A stretch of 58,342 nt of DNA from contig CAYFQM010000003.1 in the NCBI GenBank assembly GCA_964345385.1, positions 1 to 58,342 on the forward strand, written 5' to 3'. This document shows positions 8,628 through 18,109 of the stretch, in pieces; within the stretch, counting starts at the first letter, position 1, and the number at the start of each line of letters is the position of its first letter. Both the position numbers and the translations under genes were made by a program. The stretch is from an uncultured Clostridium sp. Lineage in GTDB: Bacteria > Bacillota_I > Bacilli_A > RF39 > UBA660. The notes beneath the pieces were generated by a model that saw only the letters and a program-made list of their open reading frames with translations, ran no database searches and was not told where the DNA came from.

Positions 8628-9419
8628 TTTTAATGTTGTTATTATTAATTCAGGTCTATTATTTATTCTAATAGGAAAAACATTACCTACACCTCTACTA
8701 ATTATTAAAGAAGTGTTTTCTTTCTCATGTAACCCTCTTGTTAACTTGGGTAAAATACCTTGATGGGGTGCATATAAACCATCTGTAAAAGGAAAAATCC
8801 ATTGTCCTCCATGTGCATGACCAGAAAAAACCAAATCTATACCATTTTCTACATAATAATTAAACAGTTCTGGTCTATGAGAAAGTAATATATTAAAAGT
8901 ATTCTGGTCTATATTTAATGATTTTATATAATCATCAAACTTTTTCATATTATCATCATAAAATTTTGGATCTTTCAATCCACTTATATATATTCTTTCG
9001 TTATTTTTTTCTATATAAGTTTTTTTATTATCTAAAATTACTACTTCTTTATTAATAGCATTTAAATACTCATCATAGTTTTCAATATCTGTTTCATGAT
9101 TACCAGATATATAATATACTTTTGTTATTTCAGGTAATTTATTAATAAATTCTAAACTTTTATCAAGTTTTAATCTACGATGTCCAATCATATCACCAGT
9201 TACAACTATTATATCAGGATGTTCTTCCTTTATTGTATTTATTAAATCATTGTTTAATCTCTTATTAGAAGCACTATGATAATCAGATATATGAACTATT
9301 TTAAATCCATCAAATTCAACTGGGATTTTTTCATTTATTATATTATATTTTGTTATTTGTAACAAATTGTTTTGACAATAAAAATAAATATACATCGCTA
9401 CTATAATTATTGCTATCAT
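8619..9419 (-). CDS. Membrane-anchored calcineurin-like metallophosphoesterase (YkuE-like)
   Basis: Motifs ISDYH, GDMIG, SGNHE, LLSHRP and SGHAHGGQ, after an N-terminal hydrophobic segment. Confidence 0.8.
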   Translation of the reverse strand: MIAIIIVAMYIYFYCQNNLLQITKYNIINEKIPVEFDGFKIVHISDYHSASNKRLNNDLINTIKEEHPDIIVVTGDMIGHRRLKLDKSLEFINKLPEITKVYYISGNHETDIENYDEYLNAINKEVVILDNKKTYIEKNNERIYISGLKDPKFYDDNMKKFDDYIKSLNIDQNTFNILLSHRPELFNYYVENGIDLVFSGHAHGGQWIFPFTDGLYAPHQGILPKLTRGLHEKENTSLIISRGVGNVFPIRINNRPELIITTLKNT

Positions 9420-9445
9420 TTAGCCCTCTTTTTTAATAACCTTTT

Positions 9446-9643
9446 TTATTTAAGCATATAGCTTTCATCTTTTTTTAAATTTATCCCTAATACATTATAT
9501 ATTCCTTCATGCATCCAAGGTCTATATCTTGCTAATAAAGGATTGTCTCTAGTTGGATGTACCCTATTAGATAATAGTGTTATTGCAATTTTATTACCTC
9601 TATCTATAGAAATGCTTGTTCCTGTAAACCCTCTAAAAAACAA
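9446..9643 (-). pseudogene. C-terminal remnant of a beta-lactamase-family serine hydrolase
   Basis: Only about 65 codons. ...GFTGTSISIDRGNKIAITLLSNRVHPTRDN matches the conserved C-terminal block of class-C beta-lactamase/PBP-like hydrolases. The frame opens right after the tandem TAA TAA that ends rpsI, with no SD and no ATG (TTG only). Confidence 0.55.
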
Positions 9644-9658
9644 AAAAGTATTGCTTTA

Positions 9659-10057
9659 TTATCTCTTACTAAATTGTGGAGCTTTACGAGCTTTTTTAAG
9701 ACCATATTTTTTTCTTTCTTTGTTTCTTGGATCTCTTGTTAAAAACCCTTGCTCTCTAAGTATTACTCTGTTTTCAGGATCAATTAAAGTTAAAGCTTTT
9801 GCTATTGCTAATCTTATAGCTCCAGTTTGGCCTTCCAAACCTCCACCTTTAACGCTTACTTTTATATCATATTTATCTCCATTACCAGTTAATATAAGTG
9901 GTTGTTTCAAATCTAATATTGATGTTTCATTTGATAAATATTTTTCTGCTTCTACTCCATTAATTGTAATTTTACCTGTTCCTTTTACTAATATTGCATT
10001 TGCTGTACTTGTTTTTCTTCTTCCAACAGCACTATATTCATTTATTTTATCTGTCAT
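9659..10057 (-). CDS. rpsI: 30S ribosomal protein S9
   Basis: 132 aa ending ...[18 protein letters not shown]. Confidence 0.97.
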   Translation of the reverse strand: MTDKINEYSAVGRRKTSTANAILVKGTGKITINGVEAEKYLSNETSILDLKQPLILTGNGDKYDIKVSVKGGGLEGQTGAIRLAIAKALTLIDPENRVILREQGFLTRDPRNKERKKYGLKKARKAPQFSKR

Positions 10058-10058
10058 A

Positions 10059-10490
10059 TTATTTTACCTCCAATTGTGTTGGTTTTTGAGCTTCATGCTT
10101 ATGATTAGAATCTTCATATACAAATAACTTTTTAAACATAGCTCTTCCTAATCTTCCTTTTGGAAGCATTCCTTTAACTGCTCTTTCAATCATTTCAACC
10201 GGATATTTTTCAATCATAGTTTTAGCAGTTCTTTTTCTTAGTCCACTTGGATATCCACTATGATTATAATAAATCTTGTCTTCTAATTTATTTCCAGTTA
10301 ATATTACTTTTTTTGCATTTACAATAATTACATTGTCTCCACAATCTACATGTGGAGTAAATGTTGGTTTATGTTTTCCACGAAGTATACTTGCAGCAAG
10401 TGTTGCCACTTTACCTAAAGTTTTATCTTCTGCATCAATAATAAACCAATCACGTTTAATATCTTCTTTTTTTAACATAAATGTTTTCAT
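10059..10490 (-). CDS. rplM: 50S ribosomal protein L13
   Basis: 143 aa. ...[38 protein letters not shown]... Confidence 0.97.
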   Translation of the reverse strand: MKTFMLKKEDIKRDWFIIDAEDKTLGKVATLAASILRGKHKPTFTPHVDCGDNVIIVNAKKVILTGNKLEDKIYYNHSGYPSGLRKRTAKTMIEKYPVEMIERAVKGMLPKGRLGRAMFKKLFVYEDSNHKHEAQKPTQLEVK

Positions 10491-10719
10491 TTCATTTTCC
10501 CTTCTTTGTGTTTACCAATATCTTTTTTCCCAAGAAAGACACTCTCAATCACAAATGTACCGCGTTTATTATATAAAAAGAAAAGGAAAAAGTCAAATAA
10601 AAATAGTAAATTTAACATATTATTTAGTACAATTTATATAAGTCAAGTAAAACATATATTCTTGACAAAATGTTCTTATAATTATAAAATTAATATAGCT
10701 ACTATAGGAGGAGTTATTT

Positions 10720-11931
10720 ATGAAGAATAAAGGGTTATTAATTATTGTTATTATATTATTAATTGGATGCATTGGTTGTGGTACATTTGGTTATATATTG
10801 CATAGAAAAAATGCTCAAAAGACAGGTAATAAAGAAAAAATAACATACATATATTATTTAGATAATGTATTAGTAGAAAAAAACTTATTAATAAGTGTTG
10901 AACAATATAAAGAAATATTAGTTCAAACAGAAAAAAATGAAAATGAAGATGTAAATTCTCAAAATGAAAATGAAGATGTAAATTCTCAAAATGAAAATGA
11001 ACGTGCAACAAATGAAACAACAACTCCTGATGAAAATACAGAAGGAAATGAAAATGTACCTACTTCAGAACAAGAAAGAGAAACAACTGAGCCAGAAAAA
11101 ATAGCAGCTATTTTTAATACATACTCATGCACAAATAATTTAACTGGTTCATGGGATGAAAAAAACTGGACTTTTATACCTACTGAAGAAAAAGCATCTA
11201 CTTGTAATTTATATTTTAATAAAGCTTATTACGATGTTACTTTAACTGTTACTGGAGCAGAAAAATTAGAATCACAAAAAATAGAAAGAGAAACAGATGG
11301 TGTATTTGAAATTACTCCTTTTGAAGGATATGTTTATGATGAAGAAGCTTTAAGATGTTCAAATAATAAAGAAGCTTTTTGGAATAATGAAACTTCTAAA
11401 TTTACTATACCTTCAATAAATAGCGATGTTACTTGTACAGTAGTATTTAGATTACAAAATTTATCTTTTGAACTAAAAATAGATAATAATGGGACCTTGC
11501 CAGATTCAAATCAATCAAAACAAACTGTTGAATTTGGAAAAGATATAAGTGCAATATTCACTGTTAAAGATAAATATCAATTCGATAAAATTTCTTGTAC
11601 TAATGACCAAGTTGCCACAGTTCAAAACAATACAGTAAAAATAGCTAAGTTAACTAATGATACAATTTGCACTATTACTACTAAATCAGCTCCTGTTGAA
11701 AAAGTAACAGTTACAGTCGCCGGTACAAACGATAATATAAAGTTAAGTAGTGGTGGTGGAACATATGATAAAGGAAGTACTGCAACATTGAATTTTGAAG
11801 TTACTTCGCCCGCTAAAATTCACGATATAACTTGTACTGGAGGTTATAAGCCTAAAAAAGATGGTGAAAACTATATATATAAAATTGATAATGTAAATGA
11901 TAATATAACTTGTACAGTAGAACCTGAATAA
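10720..11931 (+). CDS. Putative surface lipoprotein with an acidic repeat linker and repeated Cys-containing modules
   Basis: Signal peptide with lipobox LLIGC. Tandem NENEDVNSQ repeats. Recurring ...TCT/ITCTV modules. GGAGGAG SD. No family recognised. Confidence 0.7.
   Translation: MKNKGLLIIVIILLIGCIGCGTFGYILHRKNAQKTGNKEKITYIYYLDNVLVEKNLLISVEQYKEILVQTEKNENEDVNSQNENEDVNSQNENERATNETTTPDENTEGNENVPTSEQERETTEPEKIAAIFNTYSCTNNLTGSWDEKNWTFIPTEEKASTCNLYFNKAYYDVTLTVTGAEKLESQKIERETDGVFEITPFEGYVYDEEALRCSNNKEAFWNNETSKFTIPSINSDVTCTVVFRLQNLSFELKIDNNGTLPDSNQSKQTVEFGKDISAIFTVKDKYQFDKISCTNDQVATVQNNTVKIAKLTNDTICTITTKSAPVEKVTVTVAGTNDNIKLSSGGGTYDKGSTATLNFEVTSPAKIHDITCTGGYKPKKDGENYIYKIDNVNDNITCTVEPE
10936..11001 (+). 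repeat. 27-bp in-frame tandem repeat (2 perfect copies plus a partial third) inside the lipoprotein gene
   Basis: aatgaaaatgaagatgtaaattctcaa at 10936-10962 and at 10963-10989, then aatgaaaatgaa. Confidence 0.9.
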
Positions 11932-11934
11932 AAT

Positions 11935-11961
11935 AAAAAAGCAACAATAGTTGCTTTTTTT
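11935..11961 (+). terminator. Rho-independent terminator of the lipoprotein gene
   Basis: aaaaaagcaac aat agttgctttttt: GCAAC/GTTGC stem followed by a T7 run. Confidence 0.7.
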
Positions 11962-11985
11962 AAATAACAGTGATAAAGTTTTTTT

Positions 11986-12972
11986 ATGAAAGAATTATAT
12001 ATTGGAAATGTAAAACTTAAAAACAAAATTATTTGTGCTCCTATGGCAGGAATATCTGATGAAAGTTATAGAATTCTTGCACATAATATGGGTGCTGCTT
12101 TAACATACACAGAAATGGTTAGTTCAATGGGAATTATATATAATAGTAAAAAAACAGTAGACCTTATGAAGATAGATGATAAATATAGACCTATTAGTAT
12201 TCAAATATTCGGAAATAATATAGATAGTTTTGTAAAGGCCGCAAAATATATTGATGAAAACATAAAACCAGATATTATAGATATTAATATGGGGTGCCCT
12301 GTTCCTAAAGTTGCTATAAAATCTCAAGCTGGATCAGCATTATTAAAAAACCCAGATTATATAGGTAAAATAGTTTCCGCTATTGTAAATAATGTATCCG
12401 TACCAATAACAGTTAAAATAAGAAGTGGATGGGATAGTAATAGCATAAACTGTATAGAAGTAGCAAAAATATGTGAAAAAGCCGGAGCTTGCGCTATAAC
12501 TATTCATCCAAGAACAAGAAAACAAGGCTATTCTGGTAAAGCAGATTGGTCATTAATAAAAAAAGTTAAGCAGTCCGTTTCCATACCTGTCATTGGAAAT
12601 GGTGATATAACAACAATATATGATGCTAAAAAAATGTTAGATGAATGTAATTGTGATGCAATAATGATTGGTAGAGCAACAATTGGAAACCCTTGGTTTA
12701 TTAATGAATGCGTTGAATATATTGAAAATAACAACATTATTAAAAAGCCAACTGAAATAGAAAGGGTTCAAATGATAAAAACCCATTATGACTTAATTAA
12801 AGAAAATAAAAACGAAAAATTAGCTATTTTAAATATTAAAACTCACGCTCTTTACTATTTAAAATATATTAAAGGAATTAAACCCTTTAAAAATAAATTA
12901 GTTACTATTAAAAATGAAAAAGAATTGTTTGAAATATTAAAAGAGATAGAAAGATATATCATTAATAAATAA
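11986..12972 (+). CDS. dus: tRNA-dihydrouridine synthase
   Basis: 328 aa. APMAGISDESYR, DINMGCP, TIHPRT and GNGDI motifs. Confidence 0.9.
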   Translation: MKELYIGNVKLKNKIICAPMAGISDESYRILAHNMGAALTYTEMVSSMGIIYNSKKTVDLMKIDDKYRPISIQIFGNNIDSFVKAAKYIDENIKPDIIDINMGCPVPKVAIKSQAGSALLKNPDYIGKIVSAIVNNVSVPITVKIRSGWDSNSINCIEVAKICEKAGACAITIHPRTRKQGYSGKADWSLIKKVKQSVSIPVIGNGDITTIYDAKKMLDECNCDAIMIGRATIGNPWFINECVEYIENNNIIKKPTEIERVQMIKTHYDLIKENKNEKLAILNIKTHALYYLKYIKGIKPFKNKLVTIKNEKELFEILKEIERYIINK

Positions 12973-12987
12973 TTTTGTATTGAAAAT

Positions 12988-13023
12988 CTCCTCCTTTTTG
13001 TATATAATATTCTATAGGAGGAG
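12988..13023 (+). promoter_or_regulatory. SD-sequestering hairpin (anti-SD CTCCTCCT paired to AGGAGGAG) with a TTGAAA-17-TATAAT promoter nested inside it
   Basis: Perfect 8-bp complement 12988-12995 / 16-23 of 13016-13023. The 3-prime arm is the SD of the 13028 ATG. TTGAAA is at 12980-12985 and TATAAT at 13003-13008. Confidence 0.3.
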
Positions 13024-13027
13024 TAAA

Positions 13028-14431
13028 ATGAAAAACAAAACAGGAATATTTAAAATAATTTTATGTGTATTACTAGCTATTACACTTATTACTTGGATTA
13101 TTCCAGCTGGTTATTTTAATCAAAGCGAGTTTATTAGTGCAACTATGAATAGAATTGGCTTTTTTGATTTCTTTCAACTATTATTTGGAGCATATGAGTT
13201 TTCATATTTCATTCAAATGGCAATTTTATTAGTTTCTATCGGGGCTTTATATGAAGTACTTAATAAAACCGGAAAATACACAACTTTGGTTAAAAAAATA
13301 GCAAGTAAATTTAAAGGAAAGGAAAAAATATTTTTATTAGGTTCAGCATTTTTAATAGCAGTATTAACTTCAGCATTTGACTTTGGCTTATCAACATTTA
13401 TATTTATACCATTAATTATAAGTGTTATTCTTACAATGAAATATGACAAAATAACTGCTTTTATGACAACATTTGGTGCTTATTTAATTGGTATTATAGG
13501 AAGTACCGTTAATAATGGTATAGTTCAAACTATTAATGCTACTTTAGATGGTTTAACCTTAAAAAGTGCAATTTGGTTTAAATTACTTTTATTTGTTGCA
13601 TCTTTTGCAATATTAGCAATATATTTATTTAAAGCTAAAACTTTAACTAAAAAAGATGCTGATAAAATAGAAGACAAGTTTATTGGTGAAGAAACTAAAA
13701 CTAAAAGCTCATTAATACCTATAATCGCTATCTTTGGTATATTATTTGTAATATTAATTGTTGGTTGTATTAATTGGACTGGATTTAATATTACAATATT
13801 TGACACTTTAAAAGAAAACATTGAAAAATTTAAAGTGGTAATTGGCGGAGAAGATATATTTATTATACAAATAATATTTGGTAACATTGCTGCTTTTGGT
13901 AAATGGTTCTATGCTGAAATGGCAATGATTTGCATATTATCAGCACTTATCATTGGAGCTATTTATAAGCAAAAATGTGAAGTATTTACTAATATGTACG
14001 AAGGTGCTAAAAAAATGTTACCTAGTGCTCTATTAGTAATGGCGTGTTATACTGTTGTTTTCTTTGCTGGAAATACAATGATTTTTCCAACAATTGAAAA
14101 CTTTATATTAGGTGCAACAAGTAAATTTAACATTTTATTTGCATCAATTACAACACTACTTGGTTCTGCTATACATATTGATATGTTATATTTAACTACT
14201 TATGTTATAGGACAAATTGCTTCAATGACTAATAATTTAGAATTAGTAGCTATATTATTTCAATCATTATATGGCGTTACAATGTTTGCAGTACCAACTA
14301 GTGTAATGCTAGTATTAGGACTTTCATATCTAGATATTAATTATATTGAATGGATTAAAAAGTCATGGTTATTTATTGTTAAATTATTAGTTATTTCGCT
14401 TGTAGTTATATTATTAATAGCTGTTATTTAA
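13028..14431 (+). CDS. YfcC/DcuC-family multi-pass membrane transporter
   Basis: I chose the ATG at 13028 because of its AGGAGGAG SD; the track start at 12980 is TTG. The N-terminal ...LAITLITWIIPAGYF resembles the YfcC-family signature. There are many TM segments. Confidence 0.65.
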   Translation: MKNKTGIFKIILCVLLAITLITWIIPAGYFNQSEFISATMNRIGFFDFFQLLFGAYEFSYFIQMAILLVSIGALYEVLNKTGKYTTLVKKIASKFKGKEKIFLLGSAFLIAVLTSAFDFGLSTFIFIPLIISVILTMKYDKITAFMTTFGAYLIGIIGSTVNNGIVQTINATLDGLTLKSAIWFKLLLFVASFAILAIYLFKAKTLTKKDADKIEDKFIGEETKTKSSLIPIIAIFGILFVILIVGCINWTGFNITIFDTLKENIEKFKVVIGGEDIFIIQIIFGNIAAFGKWFYAEMAMICILSALIIGAIYKQKCEVFTNMYEGAKKMLPSALLVMACYTVVFFAGNTMIFPTIENFILGATSKFNILFASITTLLGSAIHIDMLYLTTYVIGQIASMTNNLELVAILFQSLYGVTMFAVPTSVMLVLGLSYLDINYIEWIKKSWLFIVKLLVISLVVILLIAVI

Positions 14432-14454
14432 CAAAAACATATTATATGCAATTT

Positions 14455-14482
14455 AAAACCCTAATTGAAATTAGGGTTTTTT
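14455..14482. terminator. Bidirectional terminator between the transporter gene and rpsR
   Basis: aaaaccctaat tgaa attagggtttttt. Confidence 0.75.
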
Positions 14483-14489
14483 ATATTAG

Positions 14490-14702
14490 TTATTTTACAT
14501 ATGGTAATAAAGCCATATATCTTGCAATTTTAATTTGTTTAGCAATTTCTCTTTGATGTTTAGCACATGCTCCAGTCATCCTTCTAGGTAATATTTTACC
14601 TTTTTCATTTATAAACTTTAGCATAACTGCTACATCGCTATATTTAACTGTCTTACCAGCACATTGTTGACAAATTTTTTTCTTTCTATAATATTCTGCC
14701 AT
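14490..14702 (-). CDS. rpsR: 30S ribosomal protein S18
   Basis: 70 aa. ...ILPRRMTGACAKHQREIAKQIKIARYMALLPY. Confidence 0.95.
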   Translation of the reverse strand: MAEYYRKKKICQQCAGKTVKYSDVAVMLKFINEKGKILPRRMTGACAKHQREIAKQIKIARYMALLPYVK

Positions 14703-14714
14703 GTTATCCTCCTT

Positions 14715-15170
14715 TTAAAATGGTAAATCATCATCACTTAAGATTACATCACTATCGTTATCTTCAAAAGGGTCAGAATTAGATACATCCACTTCATTAA
14801 TTTCTTCATCTATTATATCAGGGTAATAATCATTAGTTTTATCACTTGAATCATTTTTTCCACCCACAAATTCTACATTTTGTACTATAACTTCAGTAAC
14901 ATATCTTTTACTTCCATCTTGAGCATCATAATTTCTTACTTGAACTCTTCCTTCTAAGCAAATTAAACTTCCTTTTTTAAAATATTTGTTAATAAATTCT
15001 GCTGTATTTCTATAAGCAACACAAGGTAAAAAATCAGCATCATAATTTCCTTCTTTATTTTTAAAATTTCTATTTACAGCTACTGTAAAGTTTGTTACTC
15101 CTGCTCCAGATGGCATTGTTTTATATTCTGGATCCTTAGTTAATCTACCTAATAAAATAATTTTATTCAT
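14715..15170 (-). CDS. ssb: Single-stranded DNA-binding protein
   Basis: OB-fold N-terminus MNKIILLGRLTKDPE and an acidic tail ending DDDLPF. Confidence 0.95.
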   Translation of the reverse strand: MNKIILLGRLTKDPEYKTMPSGAGVTNFTVAVNRNFKNKEGNYDADFLPCVAYRNTAEFINKYFKKGSLICLEGRVQVRNYDAQDGSKRYVTEVIVQNVEFVGGKNDSSDKTNDYYPDIIDEEINEVDVSNSDPFEDNDSDVILSDDDLPF

Positions 15171-15173
15171 AAA

Positions 15174-15461
15174 TTACTCCTTTTCTTTAATAATAATATG
15201 TCTTAAGATATTATTATCTATTCTTGCTTTTCTATCAAATTCTTTAACAGCATCAGGACTAGCAATTACATTTAATACGTAATAAAATCCGCGAATTTGT
15301 TCTTTAATAGGATAAGCTAATTTTCTTTGTCCCATATCTTTTGTATCAACTATTTTAGATTTCATATCTGTTAATACTTTTTCAAAAGCTTTTTTTGTAT
15401 CTAATATAGTTTTTTCTTCAATATCAGCTCTAATAATAAACATTATTTCATATTTATTCAT
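15174..15461 (-). CDS. rpsF: 30S ribosomal protein S6
   Basis: 95 aa. MNKYEIMFIIRADIEE...LAYPI...GFYYV. Confidence 0.95.
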   Translation of the reverse strand: MNKYEIMFIIRADIEEKTILDTKKAFEKVLTDMKSKIVDTKDMGQRKLAYPIKEQIRGFYYVLNVIASPDAVKEFDRKARIDNNILRHIIIKEKE

Positions 15462-15486
15462 ACTCTTCCCTCCTTTTGGTCTATTG

Positions 15487-15503
15487 GCTTCTTATATAGA
15501 AGC
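15487..15503 (-). promoter_or_regulatory. Hairpin in the rpsF 5-prime leader (possible S6:S18 autoregulatory element), downstream of a TGTTATAAT promoter at 15528-15536
   Basis: GCTTCT tatat AGAAGC stem between the promoter and the GGAGGGAAG SD. Identity with the known rpsF leader motif was not verified. Confidence 0.3.
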
Positions 15504-15566
15504 AAGGAACTTAATAAGTTCGATAGTATTATAACATAACTTTTTACAAGAAACAATATACTTTCT

Positions 15567-17291
15567 TTACATTTTTTCAGGTATTTCAATAGCAAGTATA
15601 TCTAATAATTTTGAATTTATATTATATATTAAATTTAATAATGCAACATAATTTTCTTTTTTGCTTATATTTTTTTCATTTAATACATTACTTTCACTAT
15701 AAAATCTATTAAATAAACTACATATATCAAATAAATACTCACATATATAACTAAGTGTCTTTTCATTATAAGATTTATTTATTACTCTAGATATTTCTGC
15801 TATTTTAATATATATTTCTTTTTCAATAGGACTATAAATTCCATTTATTTTATAGTTTTTTATATTTACTTTATTTAATATTGACTTTATTCTTACCATA
15901 GAATATAAAATATATGGTCCAGTTTTACCCTCAAATGAACTGAATTTTTCAATGTCAAATATATAGTCAGTGGTTCTGTATGGAAGTAAATCTGCAAACT
16001 TAATAGTAGCTACTGTTAATATATCAACGATTTTTTCTTTTTCTTCTTTATTGGAATAATTATTTGTTTTTTTATAAAGTTCTTCTTTTATTTGCTTAAT
16101 AAATTCTTTAAGCGGCATTACTTTTCCATCTCTTGTTTTATATGGTTTACCATCTAAACCATTAATTGTCCCATTATAATAATGAGCAAGTAGAACATCT
16201 TCCCTTACTAGGTTAGTTTTATATGACGCTCTAAATATTTGTTCAAAATATAATGATTGTCTTACATCTACTATATACCAAATTTCGTCTGGATCATATT
16301 TTTTAACTCTTGAATATATTGTTGCTAAATCTCTTGTTGCGTAAATTGTAGAACCATCATTTTTAACAACAATAAGAGGCGGAACTTCATATTTATCTTC
16401 TTCTTTTTTAACGTCAATTACTTTTGCTTCATTTGATTCATACATATATGGCTTTAATATTTCAAGTGTAGGTTCTATATACTTTAAAGAGCTTAGCTCC
16501 CCTTCCCATAATTCAAAACTACAATTTAAATAATCATATGCCTCTTTTATAATTTTTATTGAAACTTCAACTATATCTTTCCACATACTAAAATATGGTT
16601 CTTTTCCTTCATCTACCCACGCTGTTACTTGCCTTACCTCTTCCATTCTTTTAGGATTTTCTTCTGCATCTTTACTTGCTTGTGGATAATATACCTCTAA
16701 TTCTTCAGAGGTAATTTCTAACTTAGGATATTTACCTTTATAATTTGGATCAAAAAAAATTAAATTTGGCTTTCTTTTCTTTATTTCTGTTATTAACATT
16801 CCAGATTGTCTACCAATATCCCCTAGATGAACATCTCCTATTGTTTTATGACCAACTAATTTTGCTAATCTTTTTAATGATTCTCCAATATTTGCTGTTC
16901 TCATATGCCCAACATGAAGCGCTTTAGCAGCATTTGCTCCACCATAATCTATTATAATAGTTTTTTCTTTTTGTTTATCTATTAAATATTCAAAATTATT
17001 AATAGCTTTATTCATTTTTTCAATTACATATTTATCTGATAAATTAAAATTAATAAAACCTGGTCCTGCTACATTTATATTTTCAAATTTGTCATCAAAT
17101 TCGTTAATTATTTCTTCTGCTATTTTCCTAGGATTTTTAGAATATTCTTTTGCAAGACTCATACATACATTTATTTGAAATTCTCCTAAATCAGGTCTAG
17201 AAGAAACCTCTAACATACAATTATCTATTATATAGCCACATTTATTAAATATACTAATAATATATTTTTCAAGTTCTTTTATAATGCTCAT
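15567..17291 (-). CDS. argS: Arginine--tRNA ligase
   Basis: 574 aa with a class I HVGH motif (ALHVGHMRTANIG) and an ArgRS-like N-terminal and anticodon-binding layout. Confidence 0.93.
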   Translation of the reverse strand: MSIIKELEKYIISIFNKCGYIIDNCMLEVSSRPDLGEFQINVCMSLAKEYSKNPRKIAEEIINEFDDKFENINVAGPGFINFNLSDKYVIEKMNKAINNFEYLIDKQKEKTIIIDYGGANAAKALHVGHMRTANIGESLKRLAKLVGHKTIGDVHLGDIGRQSGMLITEIKKRKPNLIFFDPNYKGKYPKLEITSEELEVYYPQASKDAEENPKRMEEVRQVTAWVDEGKEPYFSMWKDIVEVSIKIIKEAYDYLNCSFELWEGELSSLKYIEPTLEILKPYMYESNEAKVIDVKKEEDKYEVPPLIVVKNDGSTIYATRDLATIYSRVKKYDPDEIWYIVDVRQSLYFEQIFRASYKTNLVREDVLLAHYYNGTINGLDGKPYKTRDGKVMPLKEFIKQIKEELYKKTNNYSNKEEKEKIVDILTVATIKFADLLPYRTTDYIFDIEKFSSFEGKTGPYILYSMVRIKSILNKVNIKNYKINGIYSPIEKEIYIKIAEISRVINKSYNEKTLSYICEYLFDICSLFNRFYSESNVLNEKNISKKENYVALLNLIYNINSKLLDILAIEIPEKM

Positions 17292-17335
17292 AATAATCCT
17301 CTTTTCTTGATATAGTATAACATAATAAATTCAAT

Positions 17336-17360
17336 ATAAAAAGCAGAATAACTTCTGCTT
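17336..17360 (-). terminator. Terminator of the DUF975 gene
   Basis: Minus strand reads aagcagaa gtta ttctgctt followed by tttat. Confidence 0.6.
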
Positions 17361-17364
17361 AATA

Positions 17365-17988
17365 TTATTTTTGTAACTTTTTCAATTCTTGATAATATAA
17401 AGTTAAACAAGCATTAAAATATGGTAATGTCCAAATAAACAGAATTCCTAGGGTTAAACATGAAAGCAAATACCATCCTAAGAATGACAACATTAATAGG
17501 AAATATTCTGTTTTATGACCATCCATCATTTTTTTACTAGCTTTTATAGCATTTATTCCCTCATAAATATTATCTTCTGGATCATCAGCAAATATAAATG
17601 CAATTTGCGAATACATACATGATAATATAATACCAGGAACTATTAAAAAAGATCCTAATGAAATAAGTAGTCTTGCTACTAATAATTGAAGAATTAAATT
17701 TAATGGTTTCTTAGTATATTGTTCTTTAAATGCTTCAATAATATCAATTTCTCTTCCATTAACTAGATTCAAATAATACTTTTGTACTCCAATACTTGCT
17801 GGTATTATAGCAAAACTTGTTAAATACCGTAATACTGAGCCAATAAATGGTGAAAAAACAAAAATTAACGATATTACAATACTAATAATTAAATAAAACA
17901 GTGTTAACCATAATACTGGCTTCCAAAAATTTAATTTGTTTTTACTAGATATTTCTCTTGCTTTTAACTTTAACTCTTTTATATTCAT
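17365..17988 (-). CDS. DUF975-family integral membrane protein
   Basis: Start moved to the ATG at 17986-17988, behind an AAAGGAG SD. MNIKELKLKAREISSKNKLNFWKPVLW... followed by 4-5 TM segments, typical of DUF975 as I recall it. Confidence 0.7.
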   Translation of the reverse strand: MNIKELKLKAREISSKNKLNFWKPVLWLTLFYLIISIVISLIFVFSPFIGSVLRYLTSFAIIPASIGVQKYYLNLVNGREIDIIEAFKEQYTKKPLNLILQLLVARLLISLGSFLIVPGIILSCMYSQIAFIFADDPEDNIYEGINAIKASKKMMDGHKTEYFLLMLSFLGWYLLSCLTLGILFIWTLPYFNACLTLYYQELKKLQK

Positions 17989-18074
17989 AAATGTTGCTCC
18001 TTTCACAATCATTATATCATAGAATATATTAAATTAAATACATTTTTTCCGTTCTTTTTTATAACTATATTTTC

Positions 18075-18103
18075 TTTACAAAAAAACACTATTATGATAT
18101 AAT
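18075..18103 (+). promoter_or_regulatory. Near-consensus sigma-70 promoter: TTTACA, 17 nt, TATAAT, with a TGn extension
   Basis: tttaca at 18075-18080, a 17-nt spacer ending ..atga, and tataat at 18098-18103. Confidence 0.6.
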
Positions 18104-18109
18104 AATTTT

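Noticed and set aside
10506-10730. 74-aa plus-strand ORF in the rplM / lipoprotein divergent spacer
   Set aside because: It has no SD and spans the promoter regions of both flanking genes, ending inside the lipoprotein start. The somewhat GC-richer stretch at 10520-10570 is more likely part of the rplM 5-prime leader, but I could not verify a match to the known L13 leader.
12980-13027. N-terminal extensions given by the ORF track: 12980 for the transporter, 55342 for spoVG, 43308 for tadA, 34025 for rnpA, 24297 for rpmE, 18012 for DUF975, 21190, 23172, 30748, 34256 and 38678
   Set aside because: In each case a downstream ATG is preceded by a clear GGAGG-like SD at proper spacing and gives the conserved protein N-terminus. 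The upstream starts are mostly TTG or GTG without an SD, or they overlap promoter or RNA elements.
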